Shown in pieces: positions 30,591 to 38,478 of a stretch of DNA of 64,000 nt; position 1 is the stretch's first letter, and each line of letters starts with the position of its first letter. This DNA is from Candidatus Daviesbacteria bacterium. GTDB lineage: Bacteria; Patescibacteriota; Microgenomatia; Daviesbacterales; UBA10151. Location of the stretch: the NCBI GenBank assembly GCA_028687915.1, contig JAQTZF010000001.1, positions 216,229-280,228 on the forward strand, given 5' to 3'. Under the pieces are notes generated by a model. It had not been told where the DNA came from and searched no databases. It was given only the letters and a program-made list of their open reading frames with translations. A program made the translations under genes and the position numbers.

Positions 30591-31067
30591 ATGCCAAGAG
30601 CAGGAAAAGTAGAAAGAAGAGAAATAGAAGCAGATCCAATTTATAATTCTAAGTTGGTTTCCCGATTCACTAATCGGGTAATGGTTGATGGTAAAAAAAC
30701 TATTGCTCAGAAACTTGTCTATCAAGCCTTAGATTTAATTGAAAAGTCAGGTAAAAATCCTTTAACTATTTTTGAAACAGCTATTGCTAATGCAGCTCCA
30801 AAGATGGAAGTCAGACCAAGAAGGGTTGGGGGAGCTTCTTATCAAATCCCACAAGAAGTTAGAGGAGACAGACGTGAAGCTTTGGCTATTAGATGGATTG
30901 TGATGGCAGCCAGATCCCGATCAAATAAAGAATATCATTCCTTTGGTGAAAAACTAGCAGCAGAATTGATTGATGCTGCAGAAGGTAAAGGAATTGCTAT
31001 TAAGAAAAAAGAAGATATGTTAAAAACAGCAGAAGCCAACAGAGCATTTGCCCACTTTAGATTTTAA
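30591..31067 (+). CDS. rpsG: 30S ribosomal protein S7
   Basis: MPRAGKVERREI…YQIPQEVRGDRREALAIRWIV…. Confidence 0.95.
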   Translation: MPRAGKVERREIEADPIYNSKLVSRFTNRVMVDGKKTIAQKLVYQALDLIEKSGKNPLTIFETAIANAAPKMEVRPRRVGGASYQIPQEVRGDRREALAIRWIVMAARSRSNKEYHSFGEKLAAELIDAAEGKGIAIKKKEDMLKTAEANRAFAHFRF

Positions 31068-31078
31068 TTTCTCCTTAT

Positions 31079-31474
31079 ATGTTAGAAGCAAAAATAGTTC
31101 CTGAGAAGTGTATTAGTGTTGGATTAGGAATCTATGACGATAGGCATGTGTTTGAAATGTATGCGAAAAGTAGGCTTACTAGTATAGTAGGACATAAACT
31201 TGGTCCAAACTTAGATCAATTTCAACAGTATACTGCATTGATGGTCAGAGTATTTGAAGGTGAAGTTGTTCCTTATTCAGAAGCACAAGCTTTAGGGCTT
31301 GATCCAAAAATCGCCAGACAAATGGCTATTATCGCTAAAAATAGTTATCGAAAACAAATAGCAACTTTAGAAGCAGTGCTTGATGACTCTCTTTATCCAG
31401 ACAATTCCTCAGAGTTTGCAGATCGGGGTCAAGATTCAGAAAAGTATATTGAATGGCGCCGATATTGTCCTTAA
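31079..31474 (+). CDS. Hypothetical cytoplasmic protein (131 aa), first gene of the island between rpsG and fusA
   Basis: Intact ORF 11 nt after rpsG. No transmembrane segment or motif recognised. Confidence 0.45.
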   Translation: MLEAKIVPEKCISVGLGIYDDRHVFEMYAKSRLTSIVGHKLGPNLDQFQQYTALMVRVFEGEVVPYSEAQALGLDPKIARQMAIIAKNSYRKQIATLEAVLDDSLYPDNSSEFADRGQDSEKYIEWRRYCP

Positions 31475-31490
31475 TGCTATACTGGTTTTA

Positions 31491-31721
31491 GTGAAAAAAA
31501 CTTCTGCCGGATTTGCTCCTATTTATTTAATAATTATCCTTTTTATTCTTGGGGTAATGGGTGGAGCTTATTATTATGGTAAATCATCTGTTTCTAAAAC
31601 TTCAGTTATTGATTTTAATTCTTGTAAGAAAGCGGGTTATCCAATCCGTTTACTAAATTGTCAAGGATGCCCAAAATATTGTGATACACCATGGGGAGCT
31701 AGTTATTCTGAAAAACAATAA
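31491..31721 (+). CDS. Small (76 aa) protein: pilin-like hydrophobic leader plus a four-Cys mini-domain (C-x12-C-x2-C-x3-C). Proposed GTG start.
   Basis: VKKTSAGFAPIYLIIILFILGVMGGAYYYG leader matches the family leader. GTG at 31491 is the first start in frame after the stop of the upstream gene. The ORF-track start (31380) would overlap that gene by 95 nt. Confidence 0.4.
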   Translation: MKKTSAGFAPIYLIIILFILGVMGGAYYYGKSSVSKTSVIDFNSCKKAGYPIRLLNCQGCPKYCDTPWGASYSEKQ

Positions 31722-31722
31722 A

Positions 31723-32769
31723 ATGAATCAAAAAGGCTTTACAGCCCAAATTATTTTAATAATTGTAGGAATAATAATTTTATTAGTTCTAGGTTATACT
31801 TTTTTAGCAAAACCTTATAAAGTTTATGGTGAAAATATAGCCTTTCCTCCTTATAAAATAGGGCAGCTATCTTTTTCTGAAAAAGTAACATATCTGTTTA
31901 GAAAACCGGCAGTTGGGGATAGAGTTATTTTTTCTCCTTTAGGACAATACTCGAGTTATATTGGAATTATTACCAAAGAAGAAAACCAAAATGGAGTAAT
32001 TATTTATACTATCTGTTCCACAGGGAAAGGGTTTCCCTGGACAGTTTCAATAGAAAAAATTTCCGGGAAAATATATTATCCCGTTTTAGATCAAGATGAT
32101 GCTAAAAGAATTGCAGAATCATTCAATTCTTCTCCTACCACTCCTACTCCAACTCCAATAGAAATGCCAATAAGTTTTGAGGAGACAAAAAAGTGGCCAA
32201 CTTATACTAATACAAAATATGGTTTTTCTATTAAATATCCGGAAAATATGCAATTTAAAGATATTACAGAAGAACCTACTATTAGCGGAATGGATTATAA
32301 AACTGGTGAAAATTCATATGTCCCTTTAAAGGAATACTTTAAATATGCTAAACGCGAATTAATAGTTACTTTTGCAGAACAAAGTAAACTTGATGATAAA
32401 ATGACCCCGATTGTACCCAAAAAGATTACAGATTTTTGGATTTCAGGAATTTCATTGCATGTTCAAAAAGGAGATCAGCAAATAATAGAAGAATATAAAG
32501 ATAAAAAATTAGCTGAAAAGGCAGGGGAGCAACCGCCTTCTCCAGGCCGTAAGCTAGAAATTACAAATATAATAATTAATGGTATTAGTGTGACTAAATT
32601 TTCGGAGATTAAGCATTTTTACACTGACGATTTAGTTGGAGCTTCTGAAGCAATTTGGCAAAAAGACGGATTCGTATATTTATTATCTAATGATTACGAT
32701 ATGGGTTACGGAAATAAATATTTTGATGCAATGCTTTCTACTTTTAAATTTAATGAAAGAACTCCTTGA
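31723..32769 (+). CDS. Secreted/anchored paralog-family protein (348 aa)
   Basis: ATG at 31723 gives MNQKGFTAQIILIIVG…. Core …KKWPTYTNTKYGFSIKYPENMQ…, C-terminus …AMLSTFKFNERTP. TPTPTP linker. Confidence 0.6.
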   Translation: MNQKGFTAQIILIIVGIIILLVLGYTFLAKPYKVYGENIAFPPYKIGQLSFSEKVTYLFRKPAVGDRVIFSPLGQYSSYIGIITKEENQNGVIIYTICSTGKGFPWTVSIEKISGKIYYPVLDQDDAKRIAESFNSSPTTPTPTPIEMPISFEETKKWPTYTNTKYGFSIKYPENMQFKDITEEPTISGMDYKTGENSYVPLKEYFKYAKRELIVTFAEQSKLDDKMTPIVPKKITDFWISGISLHVQKGDQQIIEEYKDKKLAEKAGEQPPSPGRKLEITNIIINGISVTKFSEIKHFYTDDLVGASEAIWQKDGFVYLLSNDYDMGYGNKYFDAMLSTFKFNERTP

Positions 32770-32837
32770 TGTTAGTGAGGAGTATGTAAAAGAATAACTG
32801 ATTGACAATATAAAGCAGTTAAATTAATCTTAATTTA

Positions 32838-33398
32838 ATGATGAAGTTTAGTCCTCTTTTAGGAATCATTGCCGCAATAATTCTAATTGTTGTTGTCTCT
32901 ATCGGTTACTACAACTCTTTTGTAACTCAAACAAATGCTATTGAAGGCCAGTGGAAACAAGTTGAAGTTCAATATCAAAGAAGGGTTGATTTGATCCCTA
33001 ATTTAGTAGCTTCAGTAAAAGGAATTCAACAACAGGAACAAAAGATTTTTGGGGATGTTAGTGCTGCCAGGGCAAATTATACTGGTGCAAAATCCCCCGA
33101 AGAAAAAGTTCAGGCAGCTAATCAATTAGAAGGATCTCTTAGTAGGTTGTTGGCAATTTTTGAAAATTACCCTCAAATAAAAAGTGATCAGGCAGTTATA
33201 AAATTAATGGATGAATTAGCAGGAACAGAAAATAGAGTAGCTGTTGAGAGGAGAAGATACAACGAATTTGTTCAAAGTTATAATACTTCTGTTGGTACTT
33301 TGCCTGGTAAGATCTTTGCTTCATTTATGGGATTTACACCTAAAAGTTATTTTCAAGCTGCTTCTGGAAGTGAAAATGCACCAAAAGTAAATTTCTGA
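32838..33398 (+). CDS. lemA: LemA family membrane protein
   Basis: N-terminal transmembrane segment then …YYNSFVTQTNAIEGQWKQVEVQYQRRVDLIPNLV…, typical of LemA. Confidence 0.8.
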   Translation: MMKFSPLLGIIAAIILIVVVSIGYYNSFVTQTNAIEGQWKQVEVQYQRRVDLIPNLVASVKGIQQQEQKIFGDVSAARANYTGAKSPEEKVQAANQLEGSLSRLLAIFENYPQIKSDQAVIKLMDELAGTENRVAVERRRYNEFVQSYNTSVGTLPGKIFASFMGFTPKSYFQAASGSENAPKVNF

Positions 33399-33404
33399 TA
33401 ATGA

Positions 33405-34331
33405 ATGTTAAATCAAATCCGTAATTTTGTATTCCTAACTCTTGTAAGTCTATTCTTATTTATTGCTCCAAAAGTTTATGCAAATCATATTCCTGCTCCA
33501 TCCGGCCATGTTAATGATTTTGCCGGAGTTCTCACTACTGAACAGAAAAACAACCTTGAAAATTCTTTAATATATTATGAGCAGCAAACTACAAATGAAA
33601 TTGCTATTGCTATAGTTAAAAGTTTAAATGGAGATAGTATTGAAAACTTTGCTGTTAAGACTTTTGAAGAATGGAAAATTGGTAAAAAGGGTAAAGATAA
33701 CGGCATATTATTTATTGCAGCAATAGATGATAGAAAAATGAGGATAGAGGTAGGATATGGATTGGAGCCTTCTTTAACTGATAACCAAGCAGGTGAGATT
33801 ATCAGAAATATTATTGCTCCCAAATTTAAACGAGAAGATTATTACGGTGGAATTTCTGATGGAGTATTAGCTATTGAGGATCAATTAAGCAAGAACCCGG
33901 CAGAGGTAGCAAGGGGACAAGCAAAAGTGACTTTTTGGTCTGTTATTAAAGGGCTTTATGGAATTTTTGGCGATCTAGTGGTTTACGCTCTATTGTTTTT
34001 TACGTATTTACCTTTTTCGTATTTTTTTGCTTTTTTAGCTCGGACAGAGGGAATTTGGTTAGGTGGTATTATTGGTGGGGTAATCGGAGGGATTTTGGGT
34101 TGGATTTTTGGAAGTACATTATCTCCAATTATTTTTTCATTTATTGGAGGTGGAAGTTTAGGGTTTTTGTTGGATTATATTGTATCTAATAATTACAAAA
34201 AAAGAAAAGCAGCAGGGCTTAGCACTAGTTGGTGGAGTTCTGGTGGGGGGTTTTCTACTCACAGTGGCGGAGGGTTTGGTGGATTTGGAGGGGGTTCGTC
34301 TGGTGGAGGTGGATCAAGCGGTAGTTGGTAA
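33405..34331 (+). CDS. TPM-domain (YgcG/TLP18.3-like) membrane protein with a Gly-rich C-terminus
   Basis: …VNDFAGVLTTEQKNNLENSLIYYEQQTTNEIAIAIVKSL…ILFIAAIDDRKMRIEVGYGLE… TPM domain, two transmembrane segments, GGGFGGFGGGSSGGGG tail. LemA-TPM is a conserved gene pair. Confidence 0.75.
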   Translation: MLNQIRNFVFLTLVSLFLFIAPKVYANHIPAPSGHVNDFAGVLTTEQKNNLENSLIYYEQQTTNEIAIAIVKSLNGDSIENFAVKTFEEWKIGKKGKDNGILFIAAIDDRKMRIEVGYGLEPSLTDNQAGEIIRNIIAPKFKREDYYGGISDGVLAIEDQLSKNPAEVARGQAKVTFWSVIKGLYGIFGDLVVYALLFFTYLPFSYFFAFLARTEGIWLGGIIGGVIGGILGWIFGSTLSPIIFSFIGGGSLGFLLDYIVSNNYKKRKAAGLSTSWWSSGGGFSTHSGGGFGGFGGGSSGGGGSSGSW

Positions 34332-34373
34332 ATTAACTTGTCTTATTATCCTGTATAACTTATTATTTAATTA

Positions 34374-35492
34374 ATGCCCAATTCACAAAAGGTTAATATC
34401 CTGAGCGAGTATAACGAGTCGAAGGGTTTTGCACCCATTTTAATAGTTATTTTAATCGCTGTAGCAATTGGTGGATATTTAATATATTCTAACTACTTAA
34501 AGAATCAAACAAAAATTAATGTTCCTCAACAAACTTCTAACACTGAATCAACTAATTCTGGAAAAATTGCTAATTGGGAAACTTTAACACGAAACGATAA
34601 TGAATTTTCTTTTCAATATCCTCAAAATTGGAAATTAGTTCCTACGGATACTTCTAAGAATGGCTATAATTTTGAGTTTGTAGATCCTGATAAAATTTAT
34701 ACGCTCGATTTCTATTCACAATCTAATATTAATAAAGATACTGGCAAACCGTATAAAACACTATTGGAATTTGAGGATTTAGTTTCAGATCAACTTAAAA
34801 TTGTAGTTGATGGTCAAGAAGCTATTCAGGTTATGCCTCGAGCAGGCAGTGAGAACGCAAATTTGATTGATGTTTTTTCCAGAGATTCCACACAAATTTA
34901 TACTCTGAAATTAACTACTAATTCCAAACAGGATGACGCAGCAATTAAAAAAGGTCAAGAATTGTTTAAACAAATTCTTTCTACATTTAGAATTAAGCAA
35001 TTGCAACCTGCTTTTGTAATAAGTAAAGAATCCTTGGTTGGAATTTGGCAAAATGATTTTATGTTAGCAGCAGGTTGGGGAGACCGTTATCAATTTTACC
35101 CCTCTGGTAAATATGCTCATATAGCATCTGAAATGAATAATTGTACAAATACAGATTTAGGTGAAGTAGGCACATGGGAACTAAATAGTAATAAATTGTT
35201 GCTAACTGCTAAGCAAAAGATTATTTTAAAAGTTGCAGGAACAGTAGATGATCCTGCATGCGGACAGAAGGTTGTAGGTGGAGAATCAGCACAAGAAGTA
35301 GCAAATCCCAAAGTGGTTGAAATAGATTTGAGTGCACGCAAACCCCAGGCAAACGAACCATCTTATTATCCTTCTTTATTTTTCGGGAAAAAAGTTTATT
35401 GGAAATTTAATGATAAGTTAAAAGATAATCCGCCTTTTAAAGTTCTCCCTTTTTTAAGTGGTTGTGGACCAGATTTGGACCCATGTTTATAA
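34374..35492 (+). CDS. Secreted/anchored paralog-family protein (372 aa, divergent member with an extra Cys-containing C-terminal region)
   Basis: Leader …ESKGFAPILIVILIAVAIGGYLIY, core …IANWETLTRNDNEFSFQYPQNWK…, …FKQILSTFRIKQ motif in mid-protein. Confidence 0.55.
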   Translation: MPNSQKVNILSEYNESKGFAPILIVILIAVAIGGYLIYSNYLKNQTKINVPQQTSNTESTNSGKIANWETLTRNDNEFSFQYPQNWKLVPTDTSKNGYNFEFVDPDKIYTLDFYSQSNINKDTGKPYKTLLEFEDLVSDQLKIVVDGQEAIQVMPRAGSENANLIDVFSRDSTQIYTLKLTTNSKQDDAAIKKGQELFKQILSTFRIKQLQPAFVISKESLVGIWQNDFMLAAGWGDRYQFYPSGKYAHIASEMNNCTNTDLGEVGTWELNSNKLLLTAKQKIILKVAGTVDDPACGQKVVGGESAQEVANPKVVEIDLSARKPQANEPSYYPSLFFGKKVYWKFNDKLKDNPPFKVLPFLSGCGPDLDPCL

Positions 35493-35500
35493 AATAATAT

Positions 35501-36595
35501 ATGAATCAAAAAGGATTTGCTCCAATAATTATAATTCTAGGAATTGTTTTTACAGTTATAGGAATTGGGGGGTATTTCTTATTGTCAAATAAAAACTTTG
35601 TAAAATACTCACCCACAAACGAAATTTCTCCTACTCCTACTGTTGCAATACAATCTTCTTCCGATGTGATCTGTCCAGCTAATGCAGTAGTGACTTTTGG
35701 TTACGATACCACATATTTAACTCCTGCTCCACAAGATCCAAATCAAGTATGCAAGTTTTCTATTACTGTAGATAATGTCTCGGATTTAGTTCAAGAAATA
35801 AATCAAGCTAGCAAATACCCAAACCTGAAGATATTTAACATTCAAGGACCATCTGGAGGAGAAAAAACAGTATTTATGCCACCTGAAATATGGCAATTAA
35901 AAAATTTGCAATCCTTAAACATAGCATATGTAGAATTTAAAAATAGCACACTACCTGCTGAAATTAGTAATGTAAGTAATCTTAAACGTTTATCTGTATA
36001 TGGTTCTAATATTAGTTCTATTCCACCACAAATTAGTCAGCTTACACAGTTAACATACTTAGATTTTGGAGCAAATAATATCACAGTTCTTCCACCAGAA
36101 ATTGGAAGTTTAAAGAATTTAGCAACACTTAACTTATTTCATAACGAATTAAACTCTTTGCCTGATTCGATCGGTAATCTACAAAATTTGAAAAAACTTG
36201 TTTTGTCTAACAACTCTTTTTCTATATTTCCTGAAGTGTTAACGAAACTCAATGGTCTTGAGGAGCTTAATATGAATCAAAATCATTTAGCTTCAGTTTC
36301 TCTTCAGATAGGAAATATGAATCATCTGAAAAAACTTTCATTAAATAATTGGCCTAACCATGCCTCTGCAGCTTGTGGTGGAGCAGTCTGTCAAACAGAT
36401 CTTAAACAAGATATGGAGAATGGAAATAAAATATTAACTTTCCCTGATAGTATTGCTCAAATGTCTTCTTTATTGGAATTGGATTTAAGCAATGTTTCAA
36501 CACCGGTTGAAGTAATAAACCATCTTAAGCAAATACTACCAAAAACTACAATTAAGTTTGATCCTCCTGGATCTTATAGCAACTATCCTAAATAA
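35501..36595 (+). CDS. Paralog-family protein carrying a leucine-rich-repeat (LRR) array (364 aa)
   Basis: Leader MNQKGFAPIIIILGIV…. At least 8 tandem ~23-aa LRRs of LxxLxxLxLxxNxLxxLPxxIgxLxx type (…LKNLQSLNIAYVEF…LPAEISNVSNLKRLSVYGSNISSIPPQISQLTQLTYLDFGANNITVLPPEIGSLKNLATLNLFHNELNSLPDSIGNLQNLKKLVLSNNSFSIFPE…). Confidence 0.7.
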   Translation: MNQKGFAPIIIILGIVFTVIGIGGYFLLSNKNFVKYSPTNEISPTPTVAIQSSSDVICPANAVVTFGYDTTYLTPAPQDPNQVCKFSITVDNVSDLVQEINQASKYPNLKIFNIQGPSGGEKTVFMPPEIWQLKNLQSLNIAYVEFKNSTLPAEISNVSNLKRLSVYGSNISSIPPQISQLTQLTYLDFGANNITVLPPEIGSLKNLATLNLFHNELNSLPDSIGNLQNLKKLVLSNNSFSIFPEVLTKLNGLEELNMNQNHLASVSLQIGNMNHLKKLSLNNWPNHASAACGGAVCQTDLKQDMENGNKILTFPDSIAQMSSLLELDLSNVSTPVEVINHLKQILPKTTIKFDPPGSYSNYPK

Positions 36596-36629
36596 TTTGT
36601 ATGTATAATTTTGTGATAAGATTTAGTTA

Positions 36630-37241
36630 ATGCTAAAGGAAAAAGGCTTTGCACCAATAATTATAATTTTAGGAATTGTTTTATTTTTAGGTATAGTTGG
36701 TGGAGTGTATTATTTTAGTAAAAATTCAAGTAGTGCTATAAAAAATAATCCTGTAAATACCCCAACCCCAACTGCAACTCTAAAGGTAGATGAAACAACT
36801 AATTGGAAAACTTATACAAATACGGAATATGGATATTCAATAAAATATCCAGAAAATATTTCCTTAGAAGAAATGGGTGTGGATGTAAAAGGTAAACTAG
36901 TTAAATGGATTTGGATTGATAAACAAATCCAAATTTCTGTTACTAAAGCGAATTCTTCAGAATGCAAAGTAGATTGTCCGATTATTTCAAAGATAGAATC
37001 TGTTAAAATCGATAACACAGAGGGGAAAAAGCAGAGTGGTTATATTAGTCAAATAGGAGGGCGTATACCTCAGTCTTTCCAACAGGTTATTATCCCACAC
37101 AATGGTAGCTATTTTAATATTTCCCTCTATGAATTAAAAAATGATAGTATAAAGAGCTCTGAAAGAAAGGCGGGTACAATCACAGAAGCGGAAATTAAGC
37201 TTTTTAATCAAATTCTTTCTACCTTTGAATTTACTAAATGA
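36630..37241 (+). CDS. Secreted/anchored paralog-family protein (203 aa)
   Basis: MLKEKGFAPIIIILGIVLFLGIVGGVYYF leader, TPTPT linker, …TTNWKTYTNTEYGYSIKYPENIS…, …FNQILSTFEFTK C-terminus. Confidence 0.6.
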   Translation: MLKEKGFAPIIIILGIVLFLGIVGGVYYFSKNSSSAIKNNPVNTPTPTATLKVDETTNWKTYTNTEYGYSIKYPENISLEEMGVDVKGKLVKWIWIDKQIQISVTKANSSECKVDCPIISKIESVKIDNTEGKKQSGYISQIGGRIPQSFQQVIIPHNGSYFNISLYELKNDSIKSSERKAGTITEAEIKLFNQILSTFEFTK

Positions 37242-38167
37242 ATCAAAAGGGTTTTGTTCCAATAATTATAATTCTAGGAATTGTTTTATTTTTAACGATT
37301 GTTGGTGGTGCTTATTATTTTGGAAGAATGACTATAAAAGGTAAAATCTTAGACTATAACTCGATGCCTTTTGATAATCCTAATTTAGAAATTAAAGGAA
37401 TTAATGGCTCTTTTGGTAAATGTGAAGTTAAAAAGACAGGGAATTTTATTTGTAAAGCCCTATTATTGCCAAATCAAACTTATGGTATTTATTTAAATGA
37501 TGACAAAACTAATGCTTTTGTTCTTCAACATTTTACTGCTGAATTTGCAAAAATAGTTGATATAGGAGAGAGACAAGTACCAAGGACTAGTGAACCACAA
37601 GCCACTAGTATAGATGAAACTGCTGATTGGAAAACTTATACCAATACTAAATATGGTTATTTAATTAAATATCCCGAAAAATTGAAGATAAGAGAAAGAG
37701 GGAGTTTGAGTCCGTCATTGATTGATAGTTTAGATATATGTTTGAAGGAAAGTTGTGGTGACCCAGATATTATATCTGTTAACGTTATAACCAAAGAATT
37801 TGCATTAGGATCACTTAATAATCCTTCGATTAGCAAAGAAGAAATTACCATTAGCAATATTAAAGGTATAAAGAAGGTAGGTGAATATCATTACGGAAAA
37901 GAAATTATTGTTTATTTCCCTGCGCCTAATGGAGCTAGTTATGTAAATATTGGTACGAATAGTCAAAATGCACAAATTTTTGATACTATTCTTTCTACTT
38001 TTAAATTTACAGACACAAATTCAGGAAGTGGGAAATATACTTGTCCAGAAAATGGATATCAAAATTGTATGCCAATTTTAGATGCGGAAGGACAAAAACA
38101 ATGTAGCAAAGAAGCATTAGATTGGAAGCAAACTAATTGTCCCAATTTTTCAGGTGCGGCATATTAA
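37238..38167 (+). CDS. Secreted/anchored paralog-family protein (309 aa, the family domain preceded by a small N-proximal domain)
   Basis: MNQKGFVPIIIILGIVLFLTIVGGAYYFG leader, …TADWKTYTNTKYGYLIKYPEKLK…, …FDTILSTFKFTDTN… motifs. Start overlaps the previous gene by 4 nt. Confidence 0.6.
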   Translation: MNQKGFVPIIIILGIVLFLTIVGGAYYFGRMTIKGKILDYNSMPFDNPNLEIKGINGSFGKCEVKKTGNFICKALLLPNQTYGIYLNDDKTNAFVLQHFTAEFAKIVDIGERQVPRTSEPQATSIDETADWKTYTNTKYGYLIKYPEKLKIRERGSLSPSLIDSLDICLKESCGDPDIISVNVITKEFALGSLNNPSISKEEITISNIKGIKKVGEYHYGKEIIVYFPAPNGASYVNIGTNSQNAQIFDTILSTFKFTDTNSGSGKYTCPENGYQNCMPILDAEGQKQCSKEALDWKQTNCPNFSGAAY

Positions 38168-38184
38168 TTTTCAGATCATATGAG

Positions 38185-38213
38185 TTGACTTTGGGCTGCT
38201 TTTGCCTTAATAT
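38185..38213 (+). promoter_or_regulatory. Candidate sigma70-like promoter (TTGACT-N17-TAATAT) upstream of the mini-GreA/fusA genes
   Basis: TTGACT at 38185-38190, TAATAT at 38208-38213. Confidence 0.3.
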
Positions 38214-38222
38214 AAGCAAGTA

Positions 38223-38246
38223 GGCCTCCTTCAAGAGGCTTTTTCT
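38223..38246 (+). terminator. Rho-independent terminator-like hairpin at the 3' end of the paralog island
   Basis: GGCCTC/GAGGCT stem (38223-38228 / 38235-38240, one G·U pair), loop CTTCAA, then TTTTTC. Confidence 0.45.
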
Positions 38247-38253
38247 TATATAT

Positions 38254-38478
38254 ATGGATGCAAAACTGAAAGCAGAAAAACTGAAAATGTGGCAGGGAAA
38301 ACTCAAAAAACTCCAAGATGAGTTGGAAGCTATCATGGTCAGACGCGGGGAGGCTATTGCTATGGGTGATTTATCAGAAAATGCTGCTTTTTCTATGGCT
38401 GAAGAAGATGCAATTACCTGGAGAGTCAGAATTGAAGAGATTGAAAAGATCATTAAAACCATTGAGGATACTAAATAA
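38254..38478 (+). CDS. GreA/GreB N-terminal coiled-coil domain-only protein (74 aa), a mini-Gre factor with no C-terminal FKBP-like RNAP-binding domain
   Basis: …[39 protein letters not shown]… aligns to E. coli GreA 22-75 (…[33 protein letters not shown]), including the tip acidic D and E. The TAA stop overlaps the fusA ATG (TAATGG). Confidence 0.6.
   Translation: MDAKLKAEKLKMWQGKLKKLQDELEAIMVRRGEAIAMGDLSENAAFSMAEEDAITWRVRIEEIEKIIKTIEDTK

Noticed and set aside
31380-31490. Upstream extension of the 31380-31721 ORF
   Set aside because: Would overlap the 31079-31474 gene by 95 nt. The recognisable leader peptide begins only at the GTG at 31491.
31079-38167. Diversity-generating retroelement (DGR) acting on the paralog family
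   Set aside because: No reverse transcriptase gene and no near-identical template/variable DNA repeat pair with adenine-specific mismatches visible in this window. Cannot be supported from this sequence.
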